Shown piece by piece: positions 1 through 6,200 of a DNA stretch of 24,000 nucleotides. Source of the stretch: an uncultured Anaerovorax sp. (GTDB taxonomy: Bacteria; Bacillota; Clostridia; Peptostreptococcales; Anaerovoracaceae). Made by a program: the position numbers and the translations under genes. Each line of letters begins with the position of its first letter. Positions within the stretch are counted from its first letter, which is position 1. The stretch is taken from assembly GCA_964461765.1 (NCBI GenBank), contig CAYWVS010000032.1, forward strand, positions 1-24,000, read 5' to 3'. The notes under the pieces were generated by a model, which worked only from the letters and a program-made list of their open reading frames with translations, searched no databases and was not told where the DNA came from.

Positions 1-1
1 A

Positions 2-55
2 CAGAATCCTGAAGAGTATGTCACCGAGGTTTGTTATCCCGTCAAGAAAAAATAA
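2..55 (+). CDS. 3' end of an upstream CDS (partial; tail ...NPEEYVTEVCYPVKKK*). It resembles C-termini of GyrI-like effector-binding domain proteins, but this is not assignable with confidence.
   Basis: Frame 2 is open from the window edge to TAA at 53-55 and is followed by a strong intrinsic terminator. Confidence 0.35.
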   Translation, partial: QNPEEYVTEVCYPVKKK

Positions 56-77
56 CAACTTAAAAAAAGTTTTAAAA

Positions 78-112
78 ACCGTCTGCTGTAAATAGCAGAC
101 GGTTTTTTTTTT
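78..112 (+). terminator. Rho-independent terminator
   Basis: Perfect 10-bp stem ACCGTCTGCT (78-87) / AGCAGACGGT (94-103), 6-nt loop, then a run of about 10 T. Confidence 0.75.
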
Positions 113-384
113 GAATTTTTAAGAATTGACTTGACAATGAAGAATGTATAGAATGTACTGAATATATTCAAAAAGAATTAAGTAATAAGAAATAAATCAT
201 AAAATGAATAGCAATGAGCAAGATGTACGACAATCATCATTGAATCAACCATAGTCCTATTAGACGAGGTGGATGATATTGAAAAGCTATTACGAAATAC
301 TATTAGTATTGTGGATTTAGTTGGGAACCCTCCTTGTACTATCACCACAGAATTAAAATTAGATTTAACTCTACGGAGCGTTGA

Positions 385-413
385 TTGAAAAAAACTAAAA
401 TTACGACTAAAAT
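385..413 (+). promoter_or_regulatory. Sigma-A-type promoter for the XRE-family gene
   Basis: TTGAAA (385-390), 17-nt spacer, TAAAAT (408-413). The predicted transcription start lies just upstream of GGAGGTG (421-427), which favours the ATG at 434 over 416. Confidence 0.45.
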
Positions 414-433
414 AAATGATGGAGGTGAACCGA

Positions 434-1021
434 ATGGATTGTAAAAAGGTGGGAAAATTAATTTTTGACTTAAGAAAAGAAAAAAATATGACACAAAAAG
501 AAATTGCAGAGGTAATGAATATCAGTGATAAAACCATTTCTAAATGGGAACGAGGCTTAGGCTGCCCAGATGTATCCTTGTTACAGGAGTTGTCTGCAAT
601 TTTAGGTGTCAATATTGAAAAAATATTATCAGGTCATTTGGAGCCTAATGACACCAATGGAGGGAATATGAAAAGAGTAAAATTTTATGTTTGTAACGAT
701 TGTGGAAATGTGATAACTGCAACCGGTGATACGGAAATTTCATGCTGTGGGAGGAAACTATCTGCTTTGCAAGCGATGCCCGAAGATGAAACCCATAAGC
801 TCAAGATAGAAAAGGTAGAGGAGGATTACTATATCACCATTCCTCACGAAATGAGAAAGGACCACTACATTTCTTTTGTTGCCTATGTTATGTTTGATAG
901 GGTGCTACTAGTAAAACTCTATCCGGAACAAGATGCCGAGCTGCGTTTCCCTAAAATGTACGGCGGAAAGCTATATGCCTTTTGTAATAAGCATGGTTTG
1001 TGGGAGAAAGTGGTGAAATAA
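434..1021 (+). CDS. XRE-family HTH regulator fused to a desulfoferrodoxin-like module (desulforedoxin-type Cys cluster plus SOR/neelaredoxin-like domain)
   Basis: The ORF track gives 416-1021; I prefer the start at 434 (GGAGGTG 6 nt upstream). The N-terminus MTQKEIAEVMNISDKTISKWERG is a classic XRE HTH. C-x2-C-G...CCG (FYVCNDCGNV...ISCCGRKL) matches the desulforedoxin motif. The C-terminal ...HEMRKDHYI...AFCNKHGLW matches the C-N-x-H ligand motif of superoxide reductase centre II. Confidence 0.8.
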   Translation: MDCKKVGKLIFDLRKEKNMTQKEIAEVMNISDKTISKWERGLGCPDVSLLQELSAILGVNIEKILSGHLEPNDTNGGNMKRVKFYVCNDCGNVITATGDTEISCCGRKLSALQAMPEDETHKLKIEKVEEDYYITIPHEMRKDHYISFVAYVMFDRVLLVKLYPEQDAELRFPKMYGGKLYAFCNKHGLWEKVVK

Positions 1022-1359
1022 ATGACATTTCACCCTGGAGGAATTGCAACAGATAACGAACCATGTTAATGATTGGATAAAGTAAATAAAAAGTAGGTTG
1101 TAAGATGAAAAAATTATTAGTATGTCTTTATATATGCAAATGAAAGTATTGCTTTCAAAAAGATTAAGTGAAAAGAATGAAATTTTGGTCATACATTAAA
1201 AATTTCTTAATTACATTCTTTACCACAATCTTAACCGCCAATCCCTTTGTGGTCTTGGCGGTAACGTCATATCTTTTTTTCCAATTTAAATATTGTTCAA
1301 AAGTTCAAAGTTTCCGTTTTTCGTAAAAAAGAACTACCGTGTGGCAGATCATAAAGCCG

Positions 1360-1896
1360 TTACTTAAACTGTTTTTCTCTAACCGCATCCACACCCGGAA
1401 CACCTTGCGCACCAACTAAAACTCCACAGGCTTCGGCAATAGCATTTTCAGCAAGCAAAATAGAAGAAACCCACCATAAATCTGCTCTGCCATAAAATCC
1501 TAGACAGCCTGAAACGGTAAATGCAGACAGCTCAAAAATTAATGTCACGACACCATATATCTTTGTTTTCTCGTCTGCCTGCCCAAGTATATTACCCATC
1601 AATACCCCTTGTAAAAAAACTATGGAAAGTCCTATCTTAGTGCTGCCCAAAACATACATCAAGAGGTTGATTCCACCGTTAAGTATTAAAACCCAGATAA
1701 GCACCATAATAAAGCTCTTGCGCTCATACTGTTTCATCATAAGCGATAAGGGGGGATTGCTCATTTTCATTATTCGTGTGTTCCACATAAATTTTGACAT
1801 GGGCTGAATAATCCCGATGTCCGCCTGTGTGATAACCATAGTCAAGGTGAAAAGCACCCAGTTAAGCAAAAGTGAAAACGCTATAAAACTAACCAT
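1360..1896 (-). CDS. Integral membrane protein (several predicted TM helices), co-transcribed with the TetR regulator
   Basis: 178-aa ORF with hydrophobic segments throughout. AGGAG RBS 8 nt upstream of the ATG, lying inside the end of the upstream TetR gene (5-nt gap). No family recognised. Confidence 0.7.
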   Translation of the reverse strand: MVSFIAFSLLLNWVLFTLTMVITQADIGIIQPMSKFMWNTRIMKMSNPPLSLMMKQYERKSFIMVLIWVLILNGGINLLMYVLGSTKIGLSIVFLQGVLMGNILGQADEKTKIYGVVTLIFELSAFTVSGCLGFYGRADLWWVSSILLAENAIAEACGVLVGAQGVPGVDAVREKQFK

Positions 1897-1901
1897 AATA
1901 T

Positions 1902-2468
1902 CTATCTCCTAAATGGCTTAATGATAAGTTGTAGTTGATGCTCAATTTCTTCTTTTTTAAGTTTTAAAAATGGTTGTGCAAGACCAATACCCTCTAAAAT
2001 AAACAACATTTGTAGAGCTATATCTTTAGGTGAGGAAAGACACAAAGTATGGTCATTAAAGCAGAGTGTCAAGATCTCCTCCAGCCTTTTTGCGGCAATC
2101 TCTGCTCGCTTTGCCAAAATGCTTTTACATTCGGGATACAAGCGGCAAAGCTCATAGGCAGAAATATCGGTGCAATAGTTTGAGGCAGATAGCTCTTCAG
2201 CCCTTGCAGAGAAAAAAAGCTCAAGTAATCGGAGCGGTGGGATTGCCTTTAATGATTGCCGAAAAACCTCATCACTTTTTTCGGTTTCTCCCTCTAAAAT
2301 ATGAAGATAGATTTCTTTTGTAGAGGAATAGTGCCGGTATAGTCCACCTCGGCTAAAGCCCGTAGCATCACAAATATCCGACATACTGGTGCTTGCAAAG
2401 CCTTTTGAGCGAAACAATTCCTGCGCTGCTTGTGCTATGCTTTCTTTTGCCTTTTCACCTTTAGTCAA
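1902..2468 (-). CDS. TetR/AcrR-family transcriptional regulator
   Basis: N-terminal AQELFRSKGFASTSMSDICDATGFSRGGLYRHYSSKEEI-type TetR HTH signature. TTG start preceded by GGGGGTGA. Confidence 0.9.
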   Translation of the reverse strand: MTKGEKAKESIAQAAQELFRSKGFASTSMSDICDATGFSRGGLYRHYSSTKEIYLHILEGETEKSDEVFRQSLKAIPPLRLLELFFSARAEELSASNYCTDISAYELCRLYPECKSILAKRAEIAAKRLEEILTLCFNDHTLCLSSPKDIALQMLFILEGIGLAQPFLKLKKEEIEHQLQLIIKPFRR

Positions 2469-2491
2469 GATTTCACCCCCAAAACAATAAA

Positions 2492-2509
2492 AGAGACAAT
2501 AATGTCGCT
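2492..2509. promoter_or_regulatory. Imperfect inverted repeat, candidate TetR operator
   Basis: AGAGACA-ATAA-TGTCGCT (6 of 7 arm positions pair), about 25-40 nt upstream of the TetR start on the minus strand. Confidence 0.3.
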
Positions 2510-2553
2510 TTTATTTTAACACTTACTTTTCTTTATGTCTATAATTTTTTTTA

Positions 2554-3723
2554 CTATCCATTAACTTTATACTTCACTCGATTTCCAAATTGTTGTGAAG
2601 ATAGCAATCCCAACTCCGTAAACTTCAGCACAAAGCTACGAATAGTGGCATAGGCAGCATTGCCGAAATCCTTTTCCAGCTGTTTGGTAGAGAACTGTCC
2701 GTTTCCATACGCAGAGAGAACAAAGTTCCACAGATCACGCTCTTTCTCGGTAATCTTGCCATTTCCCATGGCTTGAGTAAAGAGTTCCATAACAGGGGCA
2801 GCATCCATTGTGGTGTGGATCTTGTCGTAAACATTTTCCTTCATATAACGGATGAAGGGTGTAATGTCGAGAATCTTGCTAATTTTATAATTATTTTCAA
2901 TAGTTAGAAAGCTATTGTAATACTTGTTTTTTGAGTTATTAATATGCCCGGAAAAAGTATAAAATAGGGTGGAGGAAAACCCTTGCTGCACCAAATACCA
3001 TAGGTGTAAAAGACGCGCTGTTCTGCCGTTACCGTCAAAGTATGGGTGCAGATAAGCCATATAAAAGTGCAGGATACAAGCTTTTACCAACTCGGGGATG
3101 TCATCTTTTTGATTTGCAAATTTCAAAAGTTCCCTCATAAATTCAGGAAGTTCATTTGCATTGAGCCCCTCGTGATATGACTTATTTCCCACAACAAAAA
3201 CCTTGTCGTTTCGATAAAAGCTGTCTGGAGGTAGTTCATCATTTTGCTCTAAAAAATTTCCTACTGACAGAATATAAAGATGATGTAGATTCTCTTCTGT
3301 AATCTTATTGGTGGGGTCACTGATGAATTCGAGTCCCTTTTTCATTCCCCAAATGCGATCTTCTTCTTTACTGGTGGGAGCAAAGCCCTGTAGGATTTTC
3401 CGTATGCTATCTCTATTGGATTGAATATTTTCAATTTGGAGGGTAGCGTCAATCTCTTCTTCCATGGCCTTTAGCCCAAAGCTTTCTTTTGAGGCATTGA
3501 TAGCCAAGAGCTTTTTCACAATGCCGGTGGGCACAAGGCTTTGAGCAGGTAGATATACACAGGGTTGCCCCCGGAAATCTTTTAAAGCTATTTCAGAATA
3601 GCTCATTTCTTTTAGAGTTTCCATTAGCTCCGCAACACTTTCGGGGGAATACTTATATTGCATCCTTTTAAGGTCGAAAAAATGCTTGTCATTCATCATA
3701 TTTACAAATTCTTTTGTGTTCAT
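2554..3723 (-). CDS. Fic-domain protein (AMPylase-type, class II with internal inhibitory helix) with C-terminal winged-helix domain
   Basis: Canonical Fic motif HPYFDGNGRTAR (about 3020-3050). N-terminal inhibitory-helix motif T-x3-E-N (ATLQIENI). C-terminal wHTH-like tail. I trimmed the track ORF (to 3879) to the ATG at 3723, which has GGAGGT 6 nt upstream (MNTKEF...). Confidence 0.88.
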   Translation of the reverse strand: MNTKEFVNMMNDKHFFDLKRMQYKYSPESVAELMETLKEMSYSEIALKDFRGQPCVYLPAQSLVPTGIVKKLLAINASKESFGLKAMEEEIDATLQIENIQSNRDSIRKILQGFAPTSKEEDRIWGMKKGLEFISDPTNKITEENLHHLYILSVGNFLEQNDELPPDSFYRNDKVFVVGNKSYHEGLNANELPEFMRELLKFANQKDDIPELVKACILHFYMAYLHPYFDGNGRTARLLHLWYLVQQGFSSTLFYTFSGHINNSKNKYYNSFLTIENNYKISKILDITPFIRYMKENVYDKIHTTMDAAPVMELFTQAMGNGKITEKERDLWNFVLSAYGNGQFSTKQLEKDFGNAAYATIRSFVLKFTELGLLSSQQFGNRVKYKVNG

Positions 3724-3769
3724 GGTTACCTCCGGATCTGTCTGATATGTAGTAGTATCAATTAGTATC

Positions 3770-3798
3770 AGTATATGGCATATTGTTGACAGATTCAA
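3770..3798 (-). promoter_or_regulatory. Sigma-A-type promoter of the fic gene, with a direct repeat just downstream
   Basis: On the minus strand: TTGAAT (3798-3793), 17-nt spacer, TATACT (3775-3770). Two copies of TAGTATCA (plus-strand 3753-3760 and 3763-3770) with 10-bp periodicity lie immediately downstream of the -10. Confidence 0.5.
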
Positions 3799-4088
3799 GG
3801 GAAATAAAACCAAGCTGAATTCATTACCGGTGAAAACATTACAATCGATGCGGGTATGAGTAAATTGATGATTTATCATGACGTCAATGGGTGGAGTTGG
3901 AGTGTATAGTGCAGGGAGAAAAGATAGCGCAGGGAAAAAAGGCTTAAAAAGAATAATTGACCAAATAAAATTTTTTTAGTGATAAGATTTTTGATAAATT
4001 GGAGCAGGAAGTTAAATGACAAAAAATAGCCCAATACAAGCGATAAATCATCTTTGTAGGGGGCATCTTTGTTTTATGGCTTAGTTTG

Positions 4089-4373
4089 CTATTCTTTTGG
4101 AACAAATTCAACCTTTAAAGCCATATTCATTCCCTCAGCAAGTCTTTGCAAAAGGGCTATGGTGGGGTTTGCATTTCCGTTTTCAAGCTTGCTAATGTCG
4201 CCTTGGTCTATTCCCGTTCTCAAAGAAAGATCTTTTTGGGTTAAATGCTGTGTCTTTCTTGCATTAATTAAAGCTTGAACAATATTAAATTCCGGCTCAA
4301 GAGCATCCCATTCTTTTTTAAATTTTGGGTTTTTAAGATTTTTTTCTAAAAGTTTATCAAAATCATCACGCAT
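4089..4373 (-). CDS. higA: XRE-HTH antitoxin (HigA-like)
   Basis: HTH segment LTQKDLSLRTGIDQGDISKLENG. It lies directly downstream of the toxin gene (toxin-first order typical of HigBA). The start at 4373 has AAGGAG upstream; the longer track ORF (to 4478) overlaps the toxin and lacks an RBS. Confidence 0.82.
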   Translation of the reverse strand: MRDDFDKLLEKNLKNPKFKKEWDALEPEFNIVQALINARKTQHLTQKDLSLRTGIDQGDISKLENGNANPTIALLQRLAEGMNMALKVEFVPKE

Positions 4374-4377
4374 ATTC

Positions 4378-4743
4378 TTATAACTCCTTTCCATATCTTT
4401 TAAGATAATCTTTTCGGTACTTTTCGGCAATATCAAGTTCATTTGGTGGGGTCTTTTGTGTTTTCTTGATAAATCCATTTGTTAGTATTATTTTTCTACC
4501 AATTGTGAAAAAATATAACACTCGGCTAATGTTATTCGCTTGTTGCTCTCTAAGCTCGAAAATACCGTTGCCTATCGGTTTTGTGTGCGGTTCACGCAGC
4601 TCATTCCCATTGGCTTTCAAAAGCCTAATGCCGAATAAGACCTTTGCTTTCATTTTTTCATCTAAGCTGTCGATAAACTCCTCTACGGGTTTATCTCCGT
4701 TTTCTTTTGTGTATAAAATGATTTCAAATTCCAATATGTTCAC
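4378..4743 (-). CDS. higB: RelE/ParE-superfamily toxin of the phage Gp49-like (DUF891, HigB-like) type
   Basis: 121 aa. ...IRLLKANGNELREPHTKPIGNGIFELR...RVLYFF..GRKIILTNGFIKKTQKTPPNELDIA is the characteristic Gp49-like/HigB pattern. AGGTGA RBS. Confidence 0.82.
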   Translation of the reverse strand: MNILEFEIILYTKENGDKPVEEFIDSLDEKMKAKVLFGIRLLKANGNELREPHTKPIGNGIFELREQQANNISRVLYFFTIGRKIILTNGFIKKTQKTPPNELDIAEKYRKDYLKRYGKEL

Positions 4744-4753
4744 CTGTTTTCTT

Positions 4754-4807
4754 TAGGATATGTTTTAATCCTAATATTATTATATGGAATTTATCCCATA
4801 TTGTCAA
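4754..4807 (-). promoter_or_regulatory. Consensus sigma-A promoter plus inverted-repeat operator of the TA operon
   Basis: Minus strand: TTGACA (4807-4802), 17-nt spacer, TATAAT (4784-4779), both perfect hexamers. An inverted repeat TAGGAT-N8-ATCCTA (4754-4773) lies between the -10 and the RBS. Confidence 0.65.
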
Positions 4808-4811
4808 TGGC

Positions 4812-5072
4812 TTAATTGTAAAAAAAGTTCCTGACAAAGACGGTGCATATGTTGAATTTCCATATGATATTAAATCTGAATTTGGTAAGGGTAGAGTGAA
4901 AGCTCACGCCACCTTTGACGGTGAGCCCTATGATGGAAGCATTGTTAATATGGGTATTAAAAACCCCGACGGTAGCGAGTGTTATATCATCGGAATACAA
5001 AAGGTCCTCAGAGTGAAGATCGGCAAACAAGCAGGAGATCCTATAAAAGTCACCATAAAAGAACGGGAGTAA
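4812..5072 (+). pseudogene. 5'-truncated DUF1905-family gene remnant
   Basis: The frame reads ...LIVKKVPDKDGAYVEFPYDIKSEFGKGRVKAHATFDGEPYDGSIVNMGIKNPDGSECYIIGIQKVLRVKIGKQAGDPIKVTIKERE* (stop 5070-5072), which I recognise as the DUF1905 pattern. The frame is open back to 4770 but has no in-frame ATG/GTG/TTG and no RBS. Its first codons are occupied by the TA promoter on the other strand. Confidence 0.6.
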
Positions 5073-5163
5073 ATGCTTGTTTTTTCTTACATTTTTTTCT
5101 AAAAAAATTTTTTTTATTTTAGCATTTAAAAATATTTAATTAAAAACATTAGAAATATGATAG

Positions 5164-5192
5164 TTGAAATATGGAGCTATTTCCTGTATATT
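5164..5192 (+). promoter_or_regulatory. Candidate promoter of the small-ORF/HEPN/type I R-M operon
   Basis: TTGAAA (5164-5169), 17-nt spacer, TATATT (5187-5192), inside a very AT-rich stretch with A/T tracts (5073-5305). Confidence 0.45.
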
Positions 5193-5305
5193 AATAATAT
5201 AATTTAAACATTCTTTCTTAAGAGACATTACACAGAATTCAGTCCTCTACGTTTAACTATAATGGTATAGAATGCAAAAAATATAGTAGGTAGGTAGGTA
5301 TCTAT

Positions 5306-5614
5306 ATGTTAGGATATAAAAAAAGCAGCGATGGACACCCTGCGATAGACAGTGTAGAGCAGTGGATAAGGAAAACAGTTGAAAAAAGCGGAAAAGTTTT
5401 AGATGAGAGCTCTATAAATGAGTTAACTTCAAAGATGCAAAAGTTATTTTATGTAAATCAGAAGAAAGAAGAGACGATTTATGCAATGTATGGCGATGAA
5501 GGCGGTATAGGAAAAAAACTAATTAAAGAAAATTTCGTAAATTCTCTAAAGGAACGGGATGCAATTCTAATGGAATATGGACTTCCTGCCGTAGGTCAAC
5601 AGAAAACAGAATAA
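5306..5614 (+). CDS. Small hypothetical protein (102 aa), translationally coupled to the downstream HEPN protein
   Basis: ORF preceded by AGGTAGGTAGGT. Its stop overlaps the next start (TAATG at 5611-5616). No recognisable family. Confidence 0.6.
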   Translation: MLGYKKSSDGHPAIDSVEQWIRKTVEKSGKVLDESSINELTSKMQKLFYVNQKKEETIYAMYGDEGGIGKKLIKENFVNSLKERDAILMEYGLPAVGQQKTE

Positions 5615-6141
5615 TGATTTATAATTTAGTTGAATCTTCGGTAATGGGTGGAATTTTAGAAATTTACGAAGAATTGAAAAATCAAAATTTGTCATATCAA
5701 AAAGTAAGTAATGAAATTAAAGATATTTGGTTTTCTTTTACTATTAATCAAGTTTATGATAAAAAAGCACATTACAATTCTTATAGAGATAAAGCTAACC
5801 AAATAATTAGCTCTATCTTAGACAATCAAACCATTATCCTAGATCGAAAAGCTACAGATATTAGCGGTAATTTGAACGCTGAGAAGATAAGGCAAGTATG
5901 TTTAACCCATGGTATTTTATTTAACACACCGGAGGGTTGTCATGGCGGAAGGGTTCTTGAAGATGTCAAAGATAAGCGAAATCAATTAGCCCATGGAACC
6001 CTTTCTTTTGTGGAATGTGGGCGAGATTATATTTTAGAAGATCTAGAAATGATAAAAGATGAAACCAATATATTTTTAAATGGTTTATTAAAAGATATGA
6101 AAAAATATTACGATGAGGAAAAATTTAAAATGGTTGTATGA
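5614..6141 (+). CDS. HEPN-domain protein (predicted RNase; resembles R-M-associated MAE_28990/MAE_18760-type HEPN)
   Basis: 175 aa, helical-looking. Canonical HEPN Rx4H motif R-N-Q-L-A-H at 5977-5994 (KDKRNQLAHGT). Lies 60 nt upstream of hsdM on the same strand with no terminator between. Confidence 0.7.
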   Translation: MIYNLVESSVMGGILEIYEELKNQNLSYQKVSNEIKDIWFSFTINQVYDKKAHYNSYRDKANQIISSILDNQTIILDRKATDISGNLNAEKIRQVCLTHGILFNTPEGCHGGRVLEDVKDKRNQLAHGTLSFVECGRDYILEDLEMIKDETNIFLNGLLKDMKKYYDEEKFKMVV

Positions 6142-6200
6142 AAGTAATATACGTAGTAATTCATTTAGTTACAGATAGAGAAGGGGGATAGTGCAAGTTA

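Noticed and set aside
126-388. A promoter-like TTGACT-17-TAGAAT (126-154) and a ~56-codon open frame (218-388, ...IVLLDEVDDIEKLL...) between the terminator and the XRE gene; a possible long leader, riboswitch or gene remnant
   Set aside because: The frame has no ATG and only an internal GTG without a proper RBS. I see no conserved RNA structure by eye, and a closer promoter (385-413) explains XRE expression. There is not enough evidence to call a feature.
178-612. 144-aa minus-strand ORF overlapping the promoter and start of the XRE gene
   Set aside because: Low-complexity, AT-driven sequence antisense to a well-supported HTH gene, with no RBS or recognisable motif. Likely a spurious ORF.
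971-1192. 73-aa minus-strand ORF
   Set aside because: It overlaps the 3' end of the XRE/Dfx gene antisense, has hydrophobic low-complexity composition typical of AT-rich noise, and has no RBS.
1234-1280. Hairpin ACCGCCAA-N13-TTGGCGGT followed at a distance by a T run; a possible terminator of the XRE gene
   Set aside because: The T tract starts about 12 nt after the stem and the loop is large. This does not fit a canonical intrinsic terminator on either strand, so I left it uncalled.
3724-3879. N-terminal 52-codon extension of the Fic ORF given in the track
   Set aside because: The extension covers the predicted promoter and repeat region and lacks an RBS. The internal ATG at 3723 has GGAGGT at proper spacing and begins a sensible protein.
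4069-4756. Plus-strand ORFs 4069-4278 and 4466-4756, and the long (129-aa) version of the antitoxin ORF
   Set aside because: The plus-strand ORFs are antisense shadows of the HigB/HigA genes. The long antitoxin form overlaps the toxin by about 100 nt and has no RBS, whereas the ATG at 4373 does.
4812-5030. 72-aa minus-strand ORF
   Set aside because: The opposite strand encodes an obvious DUF1905-like sequence, so this ORF is its antisense shadow.
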